From: Neoechinorhynchus agilis
Lineage: Eukaryota; Animalia; Acanthocephala
Assembly (NCBI GenBank): GCA_051530055.1
Contig: CM121341.1
Span: forward strand, 6,302,784-6,366,783
Length of the DNA stretch: 64,000 nucleotides
Direction of reading: 5' to 3'
Below, in pieces: positions 36,636-49,171 of the stretch (position 1 is its first letter; the number at the start of each line of letters is the position of its first letter). The notes beneath the pieces are model-generated. The model saw only the letters and a list, made by a program, of their open reading frames with translations, did no database searches and was not told the origin of the DNA. The position numbers and the translations under genes are program-made.

Positions 36636-37478
36636 CAATTAAGCAAACGAACAAACATAACATTTGAAGAAAACGAAACTATGTTCATTCATAGAATTTA
36701 TAATGTCGTATTCGGAAAAATGAACTGTTTTATTTCTTATTTGTCGTGTCCAGAAAAGATTGCATCAAAGTATTTTCGGACTACCGTTTTAGATCAACTG
36801 AAATGTTCTTAAAAAAATAATCGAACTTTGTCGCTTTTCACATAACCTCGTTTTATATACTTTAATTGTAAATTCGAACTAACCTCGAGATTTTAATTGT
36901 TTCTATTAAAAATACACAAAGTGATCACTTCGTTTAAGGTAGCGAATTGACTTTACCTTTTTTGTAGTTCAAGGTGACAATAATTGCCCGTTAGCGAACC
37001 GAAAATGGGCTACTTTTTTCTTCATTATATTCGACGTCCGTGTCATTTCTCCTATTGTGGTACAGAACGCATTCAACAATTGGAATATTCGCTAACTTTT
37101 GTATATCATTGTAGTCCACGTTCGCCAAGGATTCTTGCAATATAAAACTCGCCTCTTTTAAATTGGAGGAGCAACTGCAACCGCCGATAAGGATCGCGAA
37201 ATTAAAAAAATTCAGGAATTTAGGTAGAAATCATTATTTCGTTCGTTTTGAAGTTGAGGTGCTCGGATCGTTTAGTTTTGGGAAAGTAGAAAGTGGCCAA
37301 TTAATGGAACAAGGGACGATCCGAGGACAAGAGCATTCCTCCTGCAACGAAGAGAGAACGGCAACTGAGTGATCCCAAGCAGTGGCGCAAATGTTTTTAA
37401 ATATTTTGGATTGAGCAGTTTACAAAAAGGAAGCAACTGAGTGATCCACAGCGGTGTCGTGGATTGCAATTTGAAAGG

Positions 37479-38712
37479 ATCATTTATCTCGGATGTGAAG
37501 ACTTGTAACCGTAAATAATTCTTCTAATTAATTCCCCCGGTATCTCCTCTTCGCATATCGACAGCCGACAAAATTAAATGCTGAATGAGAAAATTAAGCT
37601 GATTGCCACAATTTACCCTTTCGAAATATTTCAATAATAATTTCACCGTACTTTGAATATTATCGTTTTATATTTATAAATTCATTGTTTTGTTTGGCGT
37701 CGGGACACTCGGATCGTTTTTTTACCTCGGCGCAGGATCTGGTCAAGCAATTGTCTAAGAATTTTTATGGTTACAAAGCTCACATCCGAGATAAATGATT
37801 TTTTCGATTAAAAAGACGTTCTGGGAACCTCACCGTGGGTTCATCTATTTAATCGAAAAAATCATTTATCTCGGATGTGAAGACTTGTAACCGTAAATAA
37901 TTCTTCTAATTAAATAGCCCCCCGGTATCTCCTCTTCGCATATCGACAGCCGACAAAATTAAATGCTGAAAGAGAAAATTAAGCTGATTGCCACAATTTA
38001 CCCTTTCGAAATATTTCAATAATAATTTCGCAATACTTTGAATATTAGCGTTTTATATTTATAAATTCATTGTTTTGTTTGGCGTCGGGACACTCGGATC
38101 GTTTTTTTACCTCGGCGCAGGATCTGGTCAAGCAATTGTCTAAGAATTTTTATGGTTACAAAGCTTCACATCCGCGATAAATGATTTTTTCGATTAAAAA
38201 GACGTTCTGGGAACCTCACCGTGGGTTCATCTCTATAATCGAAAAAAATCATTTATCTCGGATGTGAAGACTTGTAACCGTAAATAATTCTTCTAATTAA
38301 ATAGCCCCCCGGTATCTCCTCTTCACATATCGACAGTCGACAAAATTAAATGCTGAATGAGAAAATTAAGCTGATTGCCACAATTTACCCTTTCGAAATA
38401 TTTCAATAATAATTTCGCAATACTTTGAATATTAGCGTTTTATATTTATAAATTCATTGTTTTGTTTGGCGTCGGGACACTCGGATCGTTTTTTTACCTC
38501 GGCGCAGGATCTGGACAAGCAATTGTCTTAGAATTTTTATGGTTACAAAGCTTCACATCCGCGATAAATGATTTTTTCGATTAAAAAGACGTTCTGGTAA
38601 CCTCACCGTGGGTTCATCTTTTTAATCGAAAAAATCATTTACCGCGGATGTGAAGACTTGTAACCGTAATAATTCTTCTAATCCCCCCCCGGTATCTCCT
38701 CTTCGCATATCG
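37479..38712. repeat. ~386-bp hairpin satellite, about 3.2 units
   Basis: Same unit as 1-771, with ggttacaaag at 37769, 38154 and 38541. Confidence 0.95.
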
Positions 38713-39261
38713 AAATTTTTGTGGCGTGAATGTTTTTCGAACTCGTTTTTGTAGAAAAATTTAGCACATTGTTCCATCAAATATGAAAGTGATTTTTTGT
38801 TCTATCGACACAATGTTTATGTCGAACTCTTTGATGGTTGGGAAAGTAGAAAATCCAGCCTGATTTGATCAAAACTCGTAAGGTAGAAGGTACGAATAAT
38901 TTTTTGTTCGAAGAAATTACATTTTTCGAAAAACTGTCATTTTTGTATTGCTGGTAGCTTGGTCGGCCATATCGCTTGTGAAGCGCTGGGGCATCGGACA
39001 AGAACTTTTTTTTTTCAAATAAAAGTTTTTGAAGTCTACCACTATTTTAGAGATTGGCGCATGGACGGTCGACGGTATGTATAAAGCTTATTAAATTGTG
39101 ATTGTTACGAAAATAGATTCTATATCGTATCCGTATTTGTTTGCACCAATTTCCCCATCTCTCAGACTGTTTTTTTTGTTCAAAATGTTTGCACAAATCA
39201 AAAGTGCTTCTCCTTCAAACAAGATATTTTCGATGATTGAACAGAATGTTTTTTTGTCTTC

Positions 39262-40719
39262 TTAGGACCTGTCTTTAATTGGATACGAATATTCACCGCT
39301 GTTTTGTTTAACAGTAGACACTAATGTTGCACTGAACTTTACATTAGTTGAAGCGAAGAACATTGGTGATATTGTGTAGATGAAGAAATTAATTATGTAA
39401 CTTGAGTTCTTAATGATCGTTGTAATCTCCTTTATTATGACTATTTGAGCAGCGTTAATTCCATCGTTTTCGGCACTTAACTCTTCAAGACTTTTAGTTT
39501 TGCCCTTGAATGACGAGATTTGCTCATACCACCATATAATTTGGTATGGAGTCGTAAGGAAAACGAACGTTGAACAAACCGTGAGAAGCATTATGTTGAT
39601 TTGACGTTTTCGTTCATTTCGATGCCTCAAGTGATTTCGGAGGACGCATATTGTGTGAATACTAAGACCGGTGACCGTAATTGAAGGCAGAACGTATATT
39701 AGAATCGATGACATGAACCCGAGAATTTGGTACGTCAAATTCTGACTGATTGGGTTTGCTATGAGAAGTGAACCTTCATCGTTCAAAACCTAGCAATGCT
39801 CCCATATAAATCTTGGTCTACTCTCGGTTTTGCAACAACCAAAAAATCTAGAGAGAGAGACTAGTAGCGAAAACTGAGTTTCGGCCAATTCACTTTTTTT
39901 TAGAAAAAGAAGTTTCGAAATCACTGGAGGTGCAGCGGAAAGGAGGAAGGCCCACTATTTTGTCCCCTTAGCTCGGCACTCTGCTCCAGGATCTCTCGAA
40001 GAAATTGAGAGGACAAAATATCTCGCTCGCAGTACAACGAGGCAGCCTAGAAAAGAGAGAAGCTACGATTTTCCGGGCCGTGATGATTGGACGTTTTGTG
40101 CTTTATTATTGTAAACGCTAGAAAAATAATAGAATTTTGAGTTAAAAAACTAATAGGAAGTATTGGTAGTTGTATAATGAGAAGAGCGAGGTTCACTTTT
40201 TGGTTTTAAACAGTCTAGTTTTGTAACTTTGATAAGAACGGGATACCAACTGAAGACAAAAGTGTTCAATACAACAATGATGATTGAGATTGTATCCAAG
40301 AATGTAGTTCCAATGACGAAGTTTCCCCTAATGGGTTTGCATACTCCGACCCACCGTTCGAGAGAAACAAGTACGATAAGCCAGGATCCACTAGCAGCCA
40401 ATGCCATATCAATATAGACATGGAGAGTACACCAGAACTTGTTGGTGCTCAATTGCATGTTCCCTACGAGGCCAATGGTGTGAATTAGAACTGGACAAAT
40501 GAGTTGTAAAGTGTTCACAATCGATAAGGTTATAAGAGGACCTCTAGTTTTAAGATGTGCAAGTCGTCCAATGGTGAACATGATCACTGAGAATATATGA
40601 CTCGGGATTCCAACGACAACAAACAAAGTGTTCATTATTATGTAAGCGTTTTCAGAAGCTAATAGCCACTTTATACTCTTTTCGCCGATTGGCGAACCAT
40701 GCGGCAACAAATCACACAT
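39262..40719 (-). CDS. Rhodopsin-type (class A) GPCR, peptide-receptor-like
   Basis: TM3 SLERWVGVCKP, TM5 LIYVLP, TM6 FVFLTTPY and TM7 INFFIY. The two ORFs are in the same frame and are joined by removing 39762-40208. Confidence 0.85.
39762..40208 (-). other. Non-canonical TA-bounded, stem-closed insert (447 nt) in GPCR extracellular loop 2
   Basis: TGT T|TAAAACCAAA AAGTGAACCT...AGGTTCACTT CTCA|TA GCA has a perfect 10-bp stem. Removal gives LDC-LANPISQNLTY. Confidence 0.7.
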
Positions 40720-41958
40720 TGTGATCTTCTCCTATTAATGGCGGTGGTTTCGCAAAAGCCCAGAGTAAGTCGTCCTCTCGAAATACTCTAAATGTACCCA
40801 AAAACACTCAGTGACTCTCATTCTATGCCCTTTCGCTCTCAATTAAACAAAGCAAACTCTGAACCAATTGCGCATAATCAATGAAAACTTATGCAAATCT
40901 AAAACCGAGTGCATTCGAATGCCACTTCAACAGTCTCTTCTAATTGAGTTTTAGTGCCGAATTAACGGAATCAAATAATGCGAGCTGAAAAACGCCATCC
41001 TATTCCTTTTTTAAACCTAAAACCTCGGAAAATGCTCGGTGTTAGGCATTTTTCGGGGAAGAGAAACTAGGCTGCTAGCCGAAAGTGTGCACTTTTTATG
41101 TGGAGGAATCAAAATTCTTAAGACCACGACTAAACCGCTATAAGAAAATAATCATTTTGTAATCGAAAATGGTTTTATGCGGTTTAGAAGAAGAAAAAAA
41201 GGTCACCAAGTAACATTTTATTCTTCTAGCCGAACCATAGATGGATTAAGCGAATTACAAAGCTTAAAATGGGTGTTCGGAGGAGCCAAATATTTAATTG
41301 GTTGGAATTCGTGTGAGATATTTCCTTGAGGTCTTCCTCTCCATCAGGGTAGGGATAACCTTTATTTTGATATTACTAAGCATTTTAATAAGTCCCTTTC
41401 ATTACCGTCAAAAACACAAATATAATTGCAACTTTGGTTGAAAAAACGTTATTCTATCCAATTGTTCTCGAGTTTTTTTCAAGTCCACATCCATTTTACG
41501 ATGCTTGAGAAGGAGGCTGATGCCTTGAAAATTCGCTTTGTGTCATAATAGCGGTTTTTATGCTTTAGGGAATGAATATTTAGAAAAAACATCGTTGATA
41601 AAAGGGGATTCCCAATGGAATTTTAACAAATTAATCTTGGGCACCCCAAGGCAAAACATTTTCATTTACCTAAAGACATATCTGAGGAAATGCTTTAAAA
41701 ATCCTGAATTCCAAGACATCATTTTACAGCGTTGACGCGAGCTTTGAATTAGCGATTGATGCTATGAATTCCCTATCGCTGGATTCGACACAATTTCCCT
41801 TCCGTCCACTGAACTATGCGTCGAACCGTAATTTGAAATTGCGACACTGTATTTCATCGATCGTGTACATTCGGCTGCATTGAACGTCGTAGCGCAAAAA
41901 ATCCAGGTTCGCAAAACACTCACTCATTCCAACCGTTAATCTACTTTATCTTCGCAAG

Positions 41959-43107
41959 ATGACAGACGCGTCCAGAATTATCGACCGTGGATCCATAGAG
42001 GAAATAGTACGAAAAAGCGGCATGGATCGCTTTGTAACCGTTGAGGACGGCTCACCTACCAAGGATAGTCGGCGTAGTCGATCACAGTTCAGTTTGTCCA
42101 GGACATCAAATGACTCCGTAAGAGCAAAGCACCGGTCACTAAGTCGTCCTCGAACCACAAGACAAACGCCTAAAAGGTTAAAAGTCACCCATTAGGAATT
42201 TCTTTTGCAAGTTACCTTTAGTTGCCGGACTCCACGCACATCTCGAAGTATCAGTGCTGAAAGCTGCTATTGTTCGGATACAAGCAACGACGATGAAATC
42301 AGTATTTCGGTTTTTGACCATCCTCGCGAAGTGTTGAGGATGCCCACTCCCCCTCCAATACTCAGGAGAATAGTAGAACGAGCACCAACTCCTACTCCTT
42401 TTGTCATTGAGCGAGTTATTATCAAACCGTCACCTCAAAGAATCGTTGAACGCATAATAGAAAGGCCGCAAACTCCGCCACCTAAGATAGTTGAAAAGGA
42501 AGTGTTCGAGACCCCACCACCGCCCATCATTAAAACCAGGTTTGTCCATAAAAGTCTTGTTCCGATTATCATTTATAAAAAAAGAATCATAAAAGTGGAG
42601 GCATGGCCCACGATGCCGGCAATGCATTACGGTCCTCCCTGTTCTTATTACTACTATCAACCGGAAGGAGCCATATACAATCCACATGAATCTCGGAGTT
42701 ATTCATCAACGCAAAGTCAACAAGACAACTACCAACTCTACGATGACTTCTCAAGTGATTGCAGTTCGTGTTCATCGGCTAAGAGTTCAAATGTAAGCAG
42801 ACTTTGTGCTAAGTACGAAGAAGGTAACGTGCAATTCATTAATCCGGATACGGCACCTCAGTTTCCCGTACCGAATAACTACCAATCATTTATCCCAAGA
42901 AATCCTCAGACCGGAATGTACTCTGTGCCGTTTGTGCCGTGTAATTTGCACAACGCATGGCATCCCAACTTACCATTTGGATCTTGGACGAACACAATAG
43001 CCGGCCCACAATTTACATATTTTTATCCAAACCAACAAGAGCAATCGATGCGAAGAATACCGAATAGTTTCGGTGGAGGATTTATGCCGTCCTTCCATTT
43101 TAACTAG
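41959..43107 (+). CDS. Pro/Val/Glu/Arg-repeat protein (RAPTPTPFVIERVIIKP-type), 2 exons
   Basis: Two in-frame ORFs joined by a 45-nt GT-AG intron (~42177-42221), with repeated PTPP..IVER motifs. Confidence 0.7.
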
Positions 43108-43424
43108 TTAGTATAGTCAGAACCGACTAGTCACACATTAAATTTTAACAAAGTCTTTGAACATTATGAGTGTGTGCGAGTCAGGTATGGAGAAAAAAAG
43201 TATAACCTCACCTCAAAAAAATTATGTGGGGAAACCAAAGTCGTCCCAGATTTACAACTGAAATTGGGCACAAATTTTAGCAATCAGGTAGTCAACTTTA
43301 CACGGAAGCGCTCAAAGAAATCCGGAGATGGTTATTGGTTTGAAAATTAATGCAATTAAGAAACAATAACAAAAGAACTCGATTTAGTGTAATTCAGTCG
43401 GCAAAAAAACTGATTTTTTTTGTC

Positions 43425-44048
43425 TTATCCAAATTTCAGATCATTTGCGCTTTTTTTTTTCGTGTAACACTGAAATGTGTACTGGAGACCGGACTTTTCG
43501 TCAGTTCTAATTAAGTTACCATCGCCGAGCCAATCTCGCAACTGGTCAGTACAACCGGGGATCTGATCTGGATTGGTCACTAATTCGAACTGATCCCAAT
43601 CAAAGTGGACGACATTGTCGCACTGAAAATGCCCGTGGACGCGCGTATGGAAAAGGAGATGAAAATCATCTCGTTCGAAGGATTCTTCGTATACTCTGCT
43701 GCCTCCGAAGATGAAAATGTTTCCACGAGATTCCATTTTTGATATCTTCTCAACTGCATCATCCATGCTTTTGCATATATAGTGAGCCTTGTCGGAATCG
43801 ACAAACGGTTCATCAGTTCGAGATGTCAGGACCAAATTTATTGTCTCGGGCATTGGTCTCGTTGGCATATCAATCCAAGTCAGTTTACCCATCACGAGAA
43901 TATTCTGAGCTGAGGGATTGTTGGGATCTTTTAGTTGACGGCAAGTGTGCTTATAAAACTTGACATCTTCAGGGAGTCGCCATGGAATCTTACCAAGTTT
44001 AGAGATTCCTCCATCAAGATCAGCAGCCAACATTGCGTACAACTTCAT
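43425..44048 (-). CDS. DHFR: Dihydrofolate reductase-like protein
   Basis: AADLDGGIS..IPWRLPEDVKFYK, LVMGKLTW, INLVLT, IFIFGGSRVY and FQCD. Single exon. Confidence 0.85.
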   Translation of the reverse strand: MKLYAMLAADLDGGISKLGKIPWRLPEDVKFYKHTCRQLKDPNNPSAQNILVMGKLTWIDMPTRPMPETINLVLTSRTDEPFVDSDKAHYICKSMDDAVEKISKMESRGNIFIFGGSRVYEESFERDDFHLLFHTRVHGHFQCDNVVHFDWDQFELVTNPDQIPGCTDQLRDWLGDGNLIRTDEKSGLQYTFQCYTKKKSANDLKFG

Positions 44049-44289
44049 TGATCTAAAAAGTATTGATTGTATTTAAGCTATCTGAAATCGAATTAGTGTT
44101 TTCGTTCAAAGAAATCAAATTGTCCTATGCGATCGCTAAATATTCGGTTATCTGAACAAGCGTTTAACATCATTGTTGAATGTACGACACTAAAAGACTT
44201 GAACAAAGACGAAATATTTCAGGTGTCTTTTCTTAACCAAAGAAAATATCAATTGCGCACTTCCAACTAAAGACGAAACACTTTACGTT

Positions 44290-44595
44290 CAATTTCAAGG
44301 ATCAAATTAGAGAAGCAAGTACAATAATGTCCAATGTTATTTTTGGTATGATTTTGAAAAACGCCAATCCTCTCTGAGAAAATGCTTGCAAACTGAAACG
44401 TTATTTTACAATTGGGAATCGAAAAGATGGTCACATTTGAAATAAAACAATAGAAATCATGAACACTGTGAACTTAAAAAAAGATTTAATTTCAAGGATC
44501 AAATTAGAGAAGCAAGTACAATAATGTCCAAAAAAATTGTTATTTTTGGTATGATTTTGAAAAACGCCAATCCTCTCTGAGAAAATGCTTGTAAA
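44290..44595. repeat. Direct repeat pair (~196-bp spacing)
   Basis: atttcaaggatcaaattagagaagcaagtacaataatgtccaa..gaaaaacgccaatcctctctgagaaaatgcttg occurs twice. Confidence 0.8.
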
Positions 44596-45029
44596 CTGAG
44601 TTTGCCTATCGATCAATCACCGGCTTATTGACTATGAAGCAAAAGAAATGCTAAAAGACACGGACGAGGTTTGTGTAGTTGATTTCAGGACGGTGTTTTC
44701 AAAAAAATAATTGCATTAATGTATCACAGTTCACATGACTAATAATGATGATTTTCGGTGGAGCATTTCAAAGCTATGAATAGACAAAGGCCTTATTCAT
44801 GTAGAAGTGACTCTTACACAGCGGAATCGCAATTTAAGATACTAAAATTACGCAGATTGATTACAGGTCAGTCTGTCGGTTGCACTGTCTCATTGCAAAG
44901 AACATCGAGTTTTATCGGCCGAATACTATCAAATGAAATCGAAGACGGGCAAAACGGCTGCTACATTACTCCATAAATTGAGCATCCGAGAAGCGTTACT
45001 ATGGCTATAGTTGGTTCTTTAAGATCCAG

Positions 45030-45824
45030 TTGCGTTTCTGCTCAATGATAATGCGGCCAAAAAGCATTTCCGAATTGAACCAAATATTATTGTCCGGCGA
45101 GGAAAACGACAGTCCGAAATTAGTTATTTTTGATATAGGCGACAGCGAGTTGTTCCAGAAGATGATAAACAGCATAGGATCGAAGGATGTCGTCTACGTT
45201 GATATGAATATTGTAAAAGGTGCAAGAGATCATTTCGAAATTATCGCTATCCCAACAACCATTTTGATGTGTGCATTAGGAGAAATCAATCGTTTTGTAG
45301 GAATAAAAAGCGCCGATTTTTACGCGAAAATTCTTAATTCCATGCAGTATGGATCATGTGAGTTTGGTGTAACAGAAATCAATTCGATCGATCAATTCGA
45401 TAGTCTTCTTAATGGGAAACGGTTGCTGGTTTTACACGTTTACTCGACGAGTTGTCTGCCATGTCGAGTATTTAATCAGACGATGTATTCATTGTCCGTT
45501 GCTGCTCTTAAATGGGCCAACGCAGTGTTCGGTAAGGTGAATATCATTTCACCACTGGGAAGCACGATAGCTCGGGCTTTCGGCGTATCCACTCTTCCAA
45601 CGATATGTCTGATCGCTAATAAAAATCAGATCACAGAAAATGAAGATTTATTCGACCACGTTTGTTTCGACGGCAATCCCAATTGTTACACAAAGGTCGA
45701 TTTTCTAACGGGATATCGAAGCAAGGCTGCTGTTGTCGCGTTTATTCAAATGGGACTCGAAAAAATTAAAGGCGAAATTCACGAAAGTCGACTGAGGTCG
45801 GTTAGAAAAGAAACAAATGTTTAA
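45030..45824 (+). CDS. Two-domain thioredoxin-fold protein (second domain CLPC)
   Basis: LVLHVYSTSCLPCRVF..FGKVNI..FGVSTLPT. The N-terminal Trx-like domain (FEIIAIPT) lacks CxxC. Confidence 0.75.
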   Translation: MRFCSMIMRPKSISELNQILLSGEENDSPKLVIFDIGDSELFQKMINSIGSKDVVYVDMNIVKGARDHFEIIAIPTTILMCALGEINRFVGIKSADFYAKILNSMQYGSCEFGVTEINSIDQFDSLLNGKRLLVLHVYSTSCLPCRVFNQTMYSLSVAALKWANAVFGKVNIISPLGSTIARAFGVSTLPTICLIANKNQITENEDLFDHVCFDGNPNCYTKVDFLTGYRSKAAVVAFIQMGLEKIKGEIHESRLRSVRKETNV

Positions 45825-46098
45825 AAAATATCGTGTTTCCTGAAAATGACGATATTATTATGCATTGTGCCACAAAGATATGTTATTTTTCATTGATTCT
45901 TTTTAATTTTACTACAAGTTTCTTACTTTGAGTGGAATTACGCCTACTTTTACAATTTACTTTTTCCAAAAAAAATACAAGTTTTTCATAGGTCGATAGT
46001 TCCGATTCAGAACAAACGCTCGTCAAAATGAAATCACATTGATGGCGATCATTTCTATAGTTTGTCGATATGTGAGACGAGATACCAGGCTTTATGAT

Positions 46099-46270
46099 TA
46101 GAAGAATTATTGTTTAGAAGTCTTCACCACGTAATTAATGAGTTTAATAGAGACGTTCTGCACACCCAGTCGGGTTCATTATCAATTCTATGATGAACCC
46201 GACGAGGTTCGCAGAACGTCTCTAATAAACTCATTAATTACGTGGTGAAGACTTCTAAACAATAATTCTA
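46099..46270. mobile_element. Solitary TA-flanked fold-back element related to the 386-bp satellite hairpin
   Basis: Near-perfect ~59-bp arms plus an 11-bp inner stem. It shares gacgttctg.gaacctc..gggttcatc and gtgaagactt.taa.c..aataattct with the satellite. Confidence 0.8.
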
Positions 46271-46366
46271 TAGTTTGAATCTCAACTTTCTGCACCAACA
46301 AAGAGTAATTTATAGCGTTGACTTTTTAAAAAATCTTCTGAAAAACGTATTCAGTATTTTATTAAG

Positions 46367-49171
46367 TCACGAACAGTTCAACAAAAATTGTTCCATGTCT
46401 GCACAAAAATCATTTGCTAGAGAAAAGAGTTGAACGTAGTTGGACACGAGATCCACGTCGTCCAGTGATTGTGACAGATCCCTCATTTCAAGGACTGATC
46501 GTTTCGCCTCCCTGAATGCTTCGGACCACGCACTTCGTAATGCTTTTACTTTGCTCTTTCGTCCCATTTGTCGCTCCTTTAAAATCTCTTTTAGACAAAA
46601 TATGCAAAGTGAATAACATTCCATACGAACGCTAAATCGATTCACAAAATCCTCCAAAGTGCTCACTTCATTTCTTGTGCTAACAGAACCAATTTCTATG
46701 AGTGCATCGTCGATTGTTTCACGGAGCATTGTTTCATTTGAGTGCGAGAGTAGATGGAGATGAATGAGAACTAAAGGATAGAATTCGACGAAAGGTTTGA
46801 ACATGCCGATCGGTAGTATATGAAGTGAACATGCATTGAGTTCAGTGAGTCTGGACTGCTCATCAGTAAATGAGTTTACTTTAAAGCGCAGATCGTCCAA
46901 TAAACTCACGTCCCTTTGGACGAAGAAACTTAATATTTGAAAACGAATGAGACAAATCTCATAAAAGACCCGATCGAACGTATTCTGTTTTTTCGAATAT
47001 TCAACATCGCAACAAAAGGGAGTCAACAAAGAGTTCTCGATGTGCTGGTTATCACTCACATCTACTTCGCGTAATCTATCACGTAAAATGTTCAGATCGA
47101 ATGAATGAATAAAATCCAGAGTCATGGACGTAACTATTAGACAGAAGCAATTGGTGGAATATCTCAAATCCCCCAACAATTCCGATAGTTTTACCAAGTG
47201 AACGAACGTGTTTAGGTCACCACTGTTTATTCCTTCATAGGCGGTAATCAATAATCGACGAATGTCCGACACTTGTCTCCCAATCGTCAAACGACTTTCT
47301 TCTATGTCACCGATAATCGATCAAAAAGGAACCAAATGCAATGATCGATGACGTAAATGGAAAGCAATATTCCGAATGGTGAGAGCGACGTTCACTTCAG
47401 CAGATTTACGTGAGTGCGGTCTTACAAATGATGCATATGAGAGGACGATTGGCAAAACGAATCGGCCAATCAGGCAGAACACCTCGAGGTTTTTGACGTT
47501 CAGCCGCGAGTACTCAGCGAAAGCGCGAACAATGTCCCCATAATGAACATAGGCGATTATAAGCATCGTATTGTAGTAGTGCCAAACACCACGCTCTTCT
47601 CCGACATTTAAACAAACCTCTTTTAAATGCTTAATAACGTCCAAGAGGACTTTACGGCCATTGTTTTGAGATGCGTAAATGTCCAATAAAAGACATTGCT
47701 TCCAGTCGTCGCCGCCGCCGCCCTTATGATCGCAGGATTTGTGCATTGAATCCTTCTTGGACGGTAATGACGGCTCTCCGTAAGCTTCCACAAACACTCT
47801 AGGACTTAACGTGGACACGACCAATGACACTTTCTCGTTTAGATCAGTTTTTGCGGGGGAAAATTGTGAAATGAGCAACGCTGCTATCTTTTCTGCCCTT
47901 TCAAGCTCTTCTCGTGCGATAAATCGCCATGTTTCGAAGTGAGTCGAACTTTAAGAGGACAACAAAAAAGAGGACATAAAACGGAAAAATCCACTAAAGC
48001 GTCGACCGGTTGTATTTTATCAATTTAATTCGTAATTTTGTTTACTAATCGACTAGATCCAACTATCGCCAAATGGAATTCTCAATAAGATCTAATGGTA
48101 CCGGCCAATATTTGACTTCACTTCTCTTAGTCAAACTCAGTCTATCCGTAGTTGAGATAAGAACTCTTTTCAGTGGCTCTATGGACCGTTCCAGCTCACT
48201 GATCGTCATCAATGCACAAGTTAAGACGTCTTTTTTAAACGAGGAATCGCTGTTTTTGGGCAAACTAAGACATTGTGAGGCCACATCAATTTTGTTTAAG
48301 GTGTCCACTTTAAGAGGAACTTCGAGTTTAAGACATTCTTTGATGGTTAGACAAGACGATTTTAAGAGAGTTTCATCTATCAATTGGCGAGAGCTGACGT
48401 TATTGCTTATCACTTCATCATGAGCATTGTTGATATTTGGTGAACATAGAAAACCGATAAGCTTAAATAGTTCGCTTTTACGACGATCTGAACGTTCGCA
48501 TAATCTCTTGGCCATGGCAAAGTGAGCACTTTTGAGGTTATCATCGCCAAAATGATCAGTAAAGTAACCGCTAATGTAAAAAGCAAGAATCATCCACAAT
48601 TCATTATGGGGTGACCTATCAAAACTAAACATTTTCAATGACAAAAGTCGCTGTTGTTCCAGCATTTCATGTTCGCGTCCTATTTTGGCCCAAAAAGGAC
48701 AGGAATTTCTCTTAAACTTTTAGCGTACGTCAAATACAGTTTCTCCGACACAAACCGATCCGTTTGGACGTTAGCGTACGTAAGTTCCAATAGTTTTATA
48801 AAGCACCGGACATCGTTGGACTCTGTAGAAATCACTTGCAACACATGAAAAATATTCTGTCTACTTCTTATCCATACGGCATCCTCGGAATAGACGGCTG
48901 GACTATTTAAGTACATTTCGTCGATGCGATCCAACGCAACGAAATAATCAGGTATTTTTGAACACCGAAGTAACGCTAAACAACGGAGAGCCTGAAGGAC
49001 TATCGGGAAATCATCCGGAGTGCTCGATCGATTAGATATCTTTTGGATAAGCTTATCCAAATCACCTAAAGCAATCCGAGGATTCGATTCCAGTGATGCA
49101 CATATTCTTCGGAGTTTCCGTTCAGCCGTATTGAAGCTACTCGCGATCCGGGCGAACAAATTGTCGTCCAT
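46367..49171 (-). CDS. Large unrecognised alpha-helical protein, four ORF segments
   Basis: Consecutive long ORFs separated by short hairpin-containing breaks at ~48690, ~48080 and ~47330. No family recognised. Confidence 0.65.

Noticed and set aside
39860-40100. U3 snoRNA, SRP RNA or RNase P/MRP RNA inside the GPCR insert
   Set aside because: Only isolated short motifs (tgatga, gaggaagg) are present, and the other conserved boxes are missing.
42546-42596. cataaaagt direct repeat within the Pro-rich ORF as another insert
   Set aside because: The spacing of 41 nt would break an otherwise open frame, and there is no stem.
47319-47324. In-frame TGA as selenocysteine
   Set aside because: The context is not redox-like, I saw no SECIS, and the TGA lies inside a removable 51-nt hairpin segment.
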